Shown: one piece after another, positions 1-7,500 of the stretch | How positions within the stretch are numbered: the stretch's first letter is position 1 | Layout: each line of letters starts with the position of its first letter | DNA from: an uncultured virus (IMG/VR IMGVR_UViG_3300020048_000025) | Lineage: Duplodnaviria; Heunggongvirae; Uroviricota; Caudoviricetes | Length of the DNA: 64,000 bases | Direction: 5' to 3' (one strand) | Virus record (IMG/VR): IMGVR_UViG_3300020048_000025 | Notes under the pieces: model-generated | Seen by the model: the letters and a program-made list of their open reading frames with translations, nothing else | What the model was told of the DNA's origin: nothing | Database searches by the model: none | Made by a program: the position numbers and the translations under genes

Positions 1-27
1 CAAGCATAAATTTAAAAAATAAAGGTT

Positions 28-247
28 ATGGCAAAATTAGATATAAAGGAAAACCAACGACGAGCAGTAAATGCATCGTTAGATAGTGTCCTCAGTAAAC
101 CAGGTGATTTTATTGAGGTAACTGAATGGAGTAATGGTGAGGGATATGATGTAACACTTGCAACATCAGATAAACAAGAATCATTTTCATTACATTTTAT
201 TGAGTGGAAAATATTAAAGAAATTAATTAAACATTTAGATGAAGGAT
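28..247 (+). CDS. hypothetical early protein (3' end lost in N gap)
   Basis: ATG follows AAAAATAAAGGTTATG leader; 73 codons open up to the N run. Confidence 0.7.
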
Positions 248-406
248 NNNNNNNNNNNNNNNNNNNNNNNNNNNNNNNNNNNNNNNNNNNNNNNNNNNNN
301 NNNNNNNNNNNNNNNNNNNNNNNNNNNNNNNNNNNNNNNNNNNNNNNNNNNNNNNNNNNNNNNNNNNNNNNNNNNNNNNNNNNNNNNNNNNNNNNNNNNN
401 NNNNNN
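248..406. other. assembly gap (N run)
   Basis: run of N. Confidence 1.
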
Positions 407-407
407 A

Positions 408-539
408 GAAATTGAACAAGCCAAAGAAATGGAATTGGAAATGATCCATAAAGCGTATATGGCAGGAGCTAAAGATGTTCAAGAATTAATCCAAAAACAA
501 GCAATTGAGGAAATAGGTAGACTTAATAGTGAGGGATAA
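408..539 (+). CDS. 3' part of small phage protein (EQAKEME..I..AY..G type)
   Basis: frame reads EIEQAKEMELEMIHKAYMAGAKD...NSEG-stop; a different frame from the ORF-track call 28..444. Confidence 0.55.
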   Translation, partial: EIEQAKEMELEMIHKAYMAGAKDVQELIQKQAIEEIGRLNSEG

Positions 540-594
540 AAATAATATAAAGCAAATTCGTATATTTCAGCATAAAATTAATAAAATAAAGGTT

Positions 595-654
595 ATGAAA
601 AATTTTATTATTACTTCAAAAGTACAATCAACTAAAACATTTAAATCAGAATAA
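595..654 (+). CDS. 19-aa micro-ORF ending TFKSE
   Basis: follows promoter element and AAAATAAAGGTTATG; may be a remnant. Confidence 0.35.
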   Translation: MKNFIITSKVQSTKTFKSE

Positions 655-885
655 TATGGGATATAGTGAAAAAGGGGCATCAACTTCTACTTTATGGGCA
701 ATAGTTAATGAAAAAGATGAAATTTTATTTTCAAGAGGTGGTTCAAGTTCAACCCCAAAATTATTGGTTTATACAAATGAAACATCAGCTAAAAGAGCTT
801 TAAATAATACTTTCTCAAAACAACACATAGAAAACAATAAAATAGAGGTAAAATTAATTTACAACATTTAAATCAGAATAATATG
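636..885 (+). repeat. 23-bp direct repeat AACATTTAAATCAGAATAATATG (636-658, 863-885)
   Basis: two identical copies flank ORF 656..871. Confidence 0.9.
656..871 (+). CDS. hypothetical protein
   Basis: 71-aa ORF in early array. Confidence 0.6.
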   Translation: MGYSEKGASTSTLWAIVNEKDEILFSRGGSSSTPKLLVYTNETSAKRALNNTFSKQHIENNKIEVKLIYNI

Positions 886-999
886 AAAGCGGTACTTGAA
901 AAATTTACTGATGATAATGCTGAAGAGGCATAAAATAAGTAAATTTAAATTCGTATATTTCAGCATAATAAAAAAATAACAATTTAAAAAAGCAATATT

Positions 1000-1146
1000 A
1001 TGTATTTAGCAATCAATAAACAAAATAATCAGGATGCTCATAGTTTCACTTGGACTTGCGATGATAAGTTAATTATTAACGATAATGAAGTTAATCCTAA
1101 GGATTGGGAAATTGTGGAAGTAGGCATTTTAGATTCAAGTTATTAA
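1000..1146 (+). CDS. hypothetical 48-aa protein
   Basis: MYLAINKQNNQD...; directly downstream of promoter element at 927. Confidence 0.55.
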   Translation: MYLAINKQNNQDAHSFTWTCDDKLIINDNEVNPKDWEIVEVGILDSSY

Positions 1147-1164
1147 CTAATAAAAATAAAGGTT

Positions 1165-1320
1165 ATGAAAGAATTAAGCGCAATTGAAAAATTAGAGTTT
1201 GTTAAAACAACTATGGAAGCATTAGGATTTAACTTCGGAGGAATGACAGTAGAAGAAGCATTTGAAATGTTTAAAGCAATTAAATTTAGCATTAGCCATA
1301 CATTGGCCATGCAGATGTAA
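1165..1320 (+). CDS. hypothetical 51-aa protein
   Basis: AAAAATAAAGGTTATG leader; MKELSAIEKLEFVK... Confidence 0.6.
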   Translation: MKELSAIEKLEFVKTTMEALGFNFGGMTVEEAFEMFKAIKFSISHTLAMQM

Positions 1321-1569
1321 GTAAATTAAACAGATAATATAATGCATATGAGAGAGATAAAATAGAGATAAAGACAACGAACGAGAATAAGGAATAAACC
1401 AACTAAGAAATAAATCGTATATTCCAGTATAAATAAGATTATCACCGAAATAAATCACCAAAAACATATTACCGAATAAAGTGGTAAAATAATGGTAATA
1501 AAAATATCATAAAATGCCATCAAGTGTGAACAACGAGGGAGGTAAATGTATTACAGAGAGGGTGAATAG

Positions 1570-1678
1570 GGTAAGTTAGGTAAGCAAGTGGTAAGTGAAT
1601 GACGGAGATAGGTAAGCAAGGTAAGTGAAAGAGATATAGGAATGTATGTGAGGTACATAGGGAGGTAAGCAAGGTAAG
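1570..1678 (+). repeat. GGTAAG repeats in a purine-rich tract
   Basis: GGTAAG at 1570, 1579, 1590, 1611, 1620, 1664, 1673. Confidence 0.75.
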
Positions 1679-1850
1679 TAAAGGAAACGGAGGACGGGGA
1701 GCGTGTGAGCAACGGGGGGCGGAAGGAGATGGCGGGGAGGCACGGGATCTAACACATCTCGCGCGCGGAGGCACGCCCTTTTAACACCTTCCAAAAATAT
1801 ATACTCCACGCCCTCCCACGCGCCTCTGCGCAGAGACATAAAATAAAAAA

Positions 1851-1888
1851 TTAGGAGATAAAAAAATAAATTCGTATATTAAAGCATA
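1851..1888 (+). promoter_or_regulatory. promoter-like element, short spacing class
   Basis: TTAGG then CGTATATTAAAGCATA with the CG 19 nt after the first G; no long ORF downstream. Confidence 0.6.
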
Positions 1889-2087
1889 AATGAAGATCAC
1901 CAATGACGATCACAGACGATTATTACCGATGCCTATCACAGATGAATATTAACGATATAAATGTTATTCCAGGGCAAAATGAAGCGATTTAAACGTATAC
2001 CAATTGAGGATCACCGATGGTGGCGATTAACGAGAAATAAGCACTGAATAACAACTAAAGAGACACTGCTTCATAACCAGTAATTTT

Positions 2088-2126
2088 CCTTGGATCCCCT
2101 CGCTACGAGGGGTGACAAGGTTTTTT
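2088..2126 (+). terminator. intrinsic terminator-like hairpin
   Basis: CCTTG..CCCCTCG-CTA-CGAGGGG..CAAGG followed by TTTTTT. Confidence 0.6.
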
Positions 2127-2166
2127 AGGGAACGCGACTTTGATGGGGGAGTTACATATGTATCGC

Positions 2167-2189
2167 CGCACCAGGGTGCGTTTTTCTTT
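2167..2189 (+). terminator. small terminator-like hairpin
   Basis: CGCAC-CAGG-GTGCG followed by TTTTTCTTT. Confidence 0.45.
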
Positions 2190-2406
2190 GAATTAATTAA
2201 ACAGAACAGATGCTACGGCACAGGTGATACAATCGGTTAATCCATTCCCTTTCACTATCCCAGTAATTTAATTAATTATCCCATGGAAAAATATACCGGA
2301 AGTTGCGGAGACAGGCGGGAAATAAGAGATGAAAGACCATCCGAAGCCATATCCACCACCATAGCTAAACGTAGCGAACGGGGAATTGAATTATTAGAGT
2401 AATCAG

Positions 2407-2443
2407 CATACTATGAATGACCATACTATGAATGACCATACTA
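2407..2443 (+). repeat. 15-bp tandem repeat CATACTATGAATGAC x2.5
   Basis: read directly from sequence. Confidence 0.9.
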
Positions 2444-2734
2444 GTGCACCGCAACAGGGAGGCCATAAGTTCCACTTACGATTTATGGAGACGCCAGGGA
2501 GGAAATGCAAGGGGATCTGCGAAAGGGGATTTGCGAAAGGCGAGATAAAATAATTGAAACAATTCAAGTGTAAACAGAATGTATTTTTTGTACATAGGTT
2601 AATATACTGCAAATTTAAGCTTATACAATTCGTATAGGCTACTTTAGGCTTTACTTAACTCAGGACACAAACATACGAACATAGCTTCGTATATTCAAGC
2701 ATAATTAAGAGATACAAATTAAAAAATAAAGGTT

Positions 2735-2893
2735 ATGAAAACAGATGTTAGCGAATATTGGGCAATGTATTATCATGTCTACTTATTCTTCAAATCAGGG
2801 GGCACATTAGATAAAGCAATCAAGAAATATAAACGAATGGATGTGGTTAAGTATTTCTATAATTTCAATAAATTGAATCCAATTGGGATGTAA
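2735..2893 (+). CDS. hypothetical 52-aa protein
   Basis: promoter element at 2663 plus AAAAATAAAGGTTATG. Confidence 0.6.
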   Translation: MKTDVSEYWAMYYHVYLFFKSGGTLDKAIKKYKRMDVVKYFYNFNKLNPIGM

Positions 2894-2943
2894 ATAATCA
2901 AAGCATAGTTCGTATATTCAAGTATAAATAAAAAATAAAGGTT

Positions 2944-3249
2944 ATGAAAAAGATAGTATTGATAGGGTTAATGGGAATGAGTTTAATTTCATGCAAAAAA
3001 GAAAATACAACTGTATTAAAATATGCTTACATAACTCAGGACAACATTGAATACAGTAAAGTAAATCATAAAACAATTACAACACGACTATGTTCATATG
3101 ATACATCATTATCATCAAGTGAGGTAATTGCTGAGCAAGATAGATTAAAATCATTGAATGACATGACCGGTAAAACTATTTTAGCGGATACATTAGTTGA
3201 AATTTCAGACAATGTAACTGATGTATTATTTGCTCAAGTAGGGATGTAA
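2944..3249 (+). CDS. lipoprotein
   Basis: MKKIVLIGLMGMSLISC: signal peptidase II lipobox, followed by KKE. Confidence 0.75.
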   Translation: MKKIVLIGLMGMSLISCKKENTTVLKYAYITQDNIEYSKVNHKTITTRLCSYDTSLSSSEVIAEQDRLKSLNDMTGKTILADTLVEISDNVTDVLFAQVGM

Positions 3250-3352
3250 ATAATAGATAATTAGTTCGTATATTTCAGTATAAAGCAAGTAAAACGAAAT
3301 GGTTTTACTTTTAAAGCAAGTAAATATTAATTTAATTTAAAACTTAAAGATT

Positions 3353-3547
3353 ATGAAAAACGAGAAAACATTACGCAAAGAGCAATTAGTAAAAGATTTG
3401 TACTGGATTGAAAAGAAAAATAAATTTAACAAATCATGGGACAGTAATGTTAAAATGGCGTTTGATGTAAGTGGAAGTTATTCATTTGAAGAGTTAGTAT
3501 TGAAAAACACTTCAGCAGCGGAACAATTAGTAGTATTGTTCAAGTAG
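3353..3547 (+). CDS. hypothetical protein
   Basis: downstream of promoter element at 3242. Confidence 0.65.
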   Translation: MKNEKTLRKEQLVKDLYWIEKKNKFNKSWDSNVKMAFDVSGSYSFEELVLKNTSAAEQLVVLFK

Positions 3548-3582
3548 TAGGGCGTAAATATATAAATTTAAAATTAAACGTT

Positions 3583-3807
3583 ATGAGCAATAAAACATTT
3601 AAAAAAGGCGACAGAGTATATTCCATATTAAGTGGGTGGGGAACAGTAGATAAATTTAAACATCCAGGGGATTTTCCAATGACAGTTGAATTTGATAATG
3701 GAAATAATGAGCAATATACTATTGATGGAAGGTTTTATTTCAATTCACCACCAATTCTATCGTTTACTGAGTATACTCTCTCAGGATTTTCTCAAGAAGC
3801 ATGTTAG
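3583..3807 (+). CDS. hypothetical protein (SH3-like FKKGDRV..GWGTV pattern)
   Basis: 74-aa ORF with GTTATG leader. Confidence 0.65.
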   Translation: MSNKTFKKGDRVYSILSGWGTVDKFKHPGDFPMTVEFDNGNNEQYTIDGRFYFNSPPILSFTEYTLSGFSQEAC

Positions 3808-3902
3808 AATATTTGGGTAACAGGATGTAAAGATATAAAACGTAGTTCGTATATTCAGGTATAATTAAAAAAATAAATATTAATAATTTAAAATTAAAAG
3901 TT

Positions 3903-4112
3903 ATGAAAGCAATTAAATTTTTAGGTAAAGTCATTATCGCAGTTATTGGTTTACCATTTGTAGTAGTTTATCAAATTTGTTTAAGCATTATTCAGTTAAT
4001 CACAGCAGGTTTGTTATATATCGTATTGCGCCTTAAGGCAAAGCGGATGGCAAAGGAAATGGGAGCTGATACATTCACTTCAAGTTTAAAAATTAACTGG
4101 TTTAAAAAATAA
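3903..4112 (+). CDS. small membrane protein
   Basis: long hydrophobic N-terminal stretch; behind promoter element at 3823. Confidence 0.65.
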   Translation: MKAIKFLGKVIIAVIGLPFVVVYQICLSIIQLITAGLLYIVLRLKAKRMAKEMGADTFTSSLKINWFKK

Positions 4113-4178
4113 AAAAATAGGAAGCGCTTGTAATAGAGCGCTTTCGTATATTTAAGTATAATTAAAAAAATAAATGTT

Positions 4179-4334
4179 ATGTATAGTTTAAATTGTGAAT
4201 ATTTCAATGAGGAATTCAAATCAGTAAATGATTTATTAGATCATATTTTCCAAACAGGAATGGATCCAAATTATGAAATTACTAAAAATGGTAAATCAAT
4301 TGGTGAGAAAGCAGCTGATTATATTACAATGTAA
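4179..4334 (+). CDS. hypothetical 51-aa protein
   Basis: behind promoter element at 4120; MYSLNCEYFNEEF... Confidence 0.6.
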   Translation: MYSLNCEYFNEEFKSVNDLLDHIFQTGMDPNYEITKNGKSIGEKAADYITM

Positions 4335-4406
4335 TGGACGTAAAGATATAAGATATAGTTCGTATATTTAAGTATAAATAAGTTAAACAATTTAAAAATA
4401 AAGGTT

Positions 4407-4802
4407 ATGAAAAAGCAAGCAACATTAGAAGTAGCAATTGAGAAAAAATCATTCGTAGGTATCAAAACTGGCCGCAAACCAAACCCTGAATCAAATCGTC
4501 AAAAACGTTTAGCTGAGTTAAATGCTAAAATAGAGGCAGGTGTTACAATATCTCGTGGGCGCCCTGTTTCATCAGATAGTGAGAGACAAAAGCGTATAGC
4601 TGAGTTAGAGGCGAAACGCGCTAGTGGTGAATTGAAATTGGGGAGACGTGTGAATGAATCCAGTGCTCGACAATTGAGATTAAAAGAATTAGAGGCAAGA
4701 CGTGCAAATGGTGAGTTGAAACGTGGGCGCCCAGCTAAATCAAAAGATGTGGTTGTTGATGTTAACTTGATTGATATGTTAAAAGATATGGAGGCTAAGT
4801 AG
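4407..4802 (+). CDS. basic repeat protein with AT-hook-like (R)GRP motifs, probable DNA binder
   Basis: three approx. 28-aa repeats GR[KPR]x..S.RQ.R..EL.A....G plus a final KRGRP. Confidence 0.7.
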   Translation: MKKQATLEVAIEKKSFVGIKTGRKPNPESNRQKRLAELNAKIEAGVTISRGRPVSSDSERQKRIAELEAKRASGELKLGRRVNESSARQLRLKELEARRANGELKRGRPAKSKDVVVDVNLIDMLKDMEAK

Positions 4803-4856
4803 TCTCCATTTTTATTGTAATGTAGAACATAATTTAAACACGTAAAATCAATTCAT

Positions 4857-5018
4857 ATGAGCGCATATCAATTCATCAAATTAAATAGTCAATACATTCA
4901 GAACATAGACGGTTGCTTAACTGAATCCGCAAACATAACATTACTGGATATAAATGGTAAAATGGTATTTTATTATTTTGAAGAGGGTAAGTTAATAGAT
5001 AGTAAAATGGGACGCTAA
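4857..5018 (+). CDS. hypothetical 53-aa protein
   Basis: MSAYQFIKLNSQY...; stop overlaps the next element. Confidence 0.45.
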   Translation: MSAYQFIKLNSQYIQNIDGCLTESANITLLDINGKMVFYYFEEGKLIDSKMGR

Positions 5019-5088
5019 GCAGTTAGAGCGCTTTCGTATATTCAAGCATAATAAGAGATATAAATTAATAATTTAAAAATTAAAAGTT

Positions 5089-5283
5089 ATGAAAAATTAT
5101 TTAGTAGTAGGAATAGAGGATAGTAATGATAATTATTTAGTGAATGATTTAGAGGGATTAATCAAGGAAATGTATGAATGTGAATTATTTGATAATGAAT
5201 TTGAAGTAGTTAAAGGGTGGTTTTTTGATAATTATAAAGTATTTGTTAGTGAAAGTGATATAGTTGAATTAAATGAGGTATAA
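5089..5283 (+). CDS. small acidic hypothetical protein
   Basis: behind promoter element at 5010. Confidence 0.65.
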   Translation: MKNYLVVGIEDSNDNYLVNDLEGLIKEMYECELFDNEFEVVKGWFFDNYKVFVSESDIVELNEV

Positions 5284-5335
5284 GCAAATATAAATTCAGT
5301 TCGTATATTCCAGTATAAATTTAAAATTAAAAGTT

Positions 5336-5449
5336 ATGTTAGGTTCAATTGTTTATTTAGTAGTATTAGTTGGTTTTGGTTATGGTGTAAAATTATTATG
5401 CGATAAAGCAGATAGTAAGAAATTAAGTGATGAATTCAAAGGACAATAA
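5336..5449 (+). CDS. 37-aa membrane peptide
   Basis: MLGSIVYLVVLVGFGYGV; behind element at 5277. Confidence 0.5.
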   Translation: MLGSIVYLVVLVGFGYGVKLLCDKADSKKLSDEFKGQ

Positions 5450-5514
5450 TATACAAATAGTAGTTCGTATATTCAAGTATATTTATAACAAATAACAAAT
5501 AAAAATTTAAAATT

Positions 5515-5811
5515 ATGAGTAAAGAAAATTTGAGAATGCAGATGTTAGCAGGTATAATTACTGAAAGTCAGTATAAAGCTAAATTAAATGAAAACGTAGA
5601 TATTGAATTGGTTAAAAAATACCACTCTATTCTTGAGGATATTGGTGATTGGGAATTAGCAGGTGATTTAGAAGATATAATAGAAGCAGCTAATGGATTT
5701 GATACATTCTCTGAATTCTTACAAGAAGAATTTAATACCTTAGAAGAGGAAGATCCAGAAACAGTAGAAGAAATCAAAAATGCTTTAAGAGCTAATGGGA
5801 TAAAATTTTAG
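5515..5811 (+). CDS. acidic protein with scaffold-like N-terminal leader (putative internal head protein)
   Basis: MSKENLRMQMLAGIITE..KAKLNE leader; early element plus late motif ATATTTATA at 5479. Confidence 0.7.
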   Translation: MSKENLRMQMLAGIITESQYKAKLNENVDIELVKKYHSILEDIGDWELAGDLEDIIEAANGFDTFSEFLQEEFNTLEEEDPETVEEIKNALRANGIKF

Positions 5812-5890
5812 TTGTTTTTCAATAAAGGAAGCGCTTGTAATAGAGCGCTTTCGTATATTTCAGTATAAATAATTTAAAAAATTTAAAATT

Positions 5891-6259
5891 ATGAGTAAAG
5901 AAAATTTAAGAATGCAGATGTTAGCAGGTATAATTACTGAAGGTCAGTATAAAGCTAAGTTAAATGAAAATGAAAATGAATCTGCTGAGCTTAAGCGATT
6001 AGTTGATATGCTAAAAGCAGAGTTAGGTGAAGGTGTTACTGTTGAGTATTATGAAGTATATGATGAAGATAATGAAAATACTCGTAGAAAAATTGATGTA
6101 TACGGAACAGAGGACGGTTTTGAAGGTGACGGTGTGTTTGAAGTAGATATCGAAAATGATAAATTACATGTTTATTATTTAGATGAAGACGGTGATTACT
6201 TTTTTGATAGAGATGAAAATGTAGTTGCTTTTATTAAAAAAGAATTAGCTAATTTATAG
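5891..6259 (+). CDS. acidic protein with the same leader and a different body
   Basis: first 27 aa nearly identical to 5515 ORF; remainder unrelated. Confidence 0.7.
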   Translation: MSKENLRMQMLAGIITEGQYKAKLNENENESAELKRLVDMLKAELGEGVTVEYYEVYDEDNENTRRKIDVYGTEDGFEGDGVFEVDIENDKLHVYYLDEDGDYFFDRDENVVAFIKKELANL

Positions 6260-6351
6260 ATTTAAAAATGGAAGCGCTTATATTAGAGCGCTTTCGTATA
6301 TTCAAGTATAATTAAAATAAATAATATTAATTAAATTAAAAAATAAAGGTT

Positions 6352-6666
6352 ATGAAAGTTACAGGACAAATTTTATTCGTTAATGTTCAAAATGAAATCG
6401 TTTGTGGCGATGGATCATTCAAAGCAACAGTTGAACATCAATTAGTAGTAGGTGAAAGTGGAACCGATCTAGAATTCATTGATATTGCAAATATTACTTT
6501 TATGGGGATGCCTATAGAAGGATATAAAGCATTCAAACAATTCAAAGAAAAAATGAGTGAAATGGGAGTAGATATTGATAAAATGGTAGATGATGCTTGT
6601 GTGGGATTGATTCCAGATAGTTTTATTAAGGAATTTGAAGCTAAATTTGCAAAAATAAATTCATAG
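6352..6666 (+). CDS. hypothetical protein
   Basis: behind element at 6270; AAAAATAAAGGTTATG. Confidence 0.7.
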   Translation: MKVTGQILFVNVQNEIVCGDGSFKATVEHQLVVGESGTDLEFIDIANITFMGMPIEGYKAFKQFKEKMSEMGVDIDKMVDDACVGLIPDSFIKEFEAKFAKINS

Positions 6667-6727
6667 GACATAAAACAATAAGATCCAGTTCGTATATTCA
6701 AGTATAAATAAATTAAAACATATGGTT

Positions 6728-6895
6728 ATGAAAACAAATGATGTAATGTTCAAAGGATTGTTAAGTTGTGTTTCTAAATTAATCGAAATCAAATATCTTA
6801 AAAATGTTCAAACCATAATACCTGAGGATGGGAGTGGTAAAACATTTATAGTTTTATTTGAAGGTGAAACCGAACATACATTCATCAGAATATAG
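6728..6895 (+). CDS. hypothetical 55-aa protein
   Basis: behind element at 6666; GGTTATG leader. Confidence 0.55.
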   Translation: MKTNDVMFKGLLSCVSKLIEIKYLKNVQTIIPEDGSGKTFIVLFEGETEHTFIRI

Positions 6896-6972
6896 TAACT
6901 GGATAGAGATAGTATAAATAAGAGTCGTATATTCCAGTATAAATAAAAAATATAAATTTAAAATTAAACGTT

Positions 6973-7200
6973 ATGAAATGGTTTAAAGTATTAGAAGTAA
7001 ATAATGTTATTTCAGAAGTAATGAGATTCGAAAATTGTAAATTTCGAGCTCATACTGATAGTTGTAGAGTTCAAGATATAGAAACTGGGGAGATAATTAA
7101 TGTAGATAATAATAGTACTAATAATTTAGAAGTGGAAATAATAAATAAAGTAAGTGACTTTGATTTAATAGAGGGAGATGAGTTTGGAATTAGGACATAA
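6973..7200 (+). CDS. hypothetical protein
   Basis: behind element at 6901. Confidence 0.65.
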   Translation: MKWFKVLEVNNVISEVMRFENCKFRAHTDSCRVQDIETGEIINVDNNSTNNLEVEIINKVSDFDLIEGDEFGIRT

Positions 7201-7251
7201 AACAATAAGATCCAGTTCGTATATTTCAGTATAATAAAAAATAAAACGGTT

Positions 7252-7500
7252 ATGAGAAAGCAAGACATGATTAAACAAATCCAACAAACTGAAGCGAGTA
7301 TGTTTCTACAATGCAAACAAGATGAGCATACGTTTGGTTCTGACAGTTCAATATATAAAACATCTAGAGCTCAATGGAATGGTGTTTATGAGTTAATGAA
7401 TAAGCTAGGTATTAAACCTGATTATACCCTGGATGAGAATAATCAAATTGTAGAGTTAATAAATATGAAATATAATAGTGTAGGGGCCGTAGAGATATGA
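7252..7500 (+). CDS. hypothetical protein
   Basis: behind element at 7193; last gene of the array. Confidence 0.65.
   Translation: MRKQDMIKQIQQTEASMFLQCKQDEHTFGSDSSIYKTSRAQWNGVYELMNKLGIKPDYTLDENNQIVELINMKYNSVGAVEI

Larger units (their letters stand above)
1441..2033 (+). repeat. ATYAMMRA octamer arrays with about 13-bp period
   Basis: copies at 1441, 1454, 1468; 1896, 1909, 1922, 1935, 1948 (exact 13-bp spacing); 2010, 2026. Confidence 0.75.
534..7233 (+). promoter_or_regulatory. array of 17 early promoter-like elements GG-N22-TCGTATATTYMRGYATA
   Basis: GG starts at 534, 927, 1391, 2663, 2886, 3242, 3823, 4120, 4336, 5010, 5277, 5441, 5827, 6270, 6666, 6901, 7193; in every copy the CG lies 25 nt after the first G; nearly all are followed by an A-rich leader and a ..TTATG start; a partial copy lies at position 1. 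Confidence 0.85.

Noticed and set aside
28..444. ORF-track call of a single 138-aa protein spanning the N gap
   Set aside because: Sequence after the gap reads better in another frame (EQAKEME.., stop at 539); the gap probably joins two different genes
1440..1447. TATCACCG match to the lambda operator half-site
   Set aside because: Only direct repeats, no inverted partner and no repressor gene; probably chance
1520..1839. Minus-strand Pro/Leu-rich ORFs
   Set aside because: By-products of the low-complexity purine-rich tract; no leader or promoter
1890..1952. 20-aa ORF over the 13-bp repeats
   Set aside because: The period is not a multiple of 3 and there is no leader, so the repeats are more likely nucleic-acid signals
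534..7233. Early repeats as a CRISPR array or integron attC sites
   Set aside because: Spacers are gene-sized and variable, the repeats are degenerate and mostly non-palindromic, and no cas operon or integrase is present
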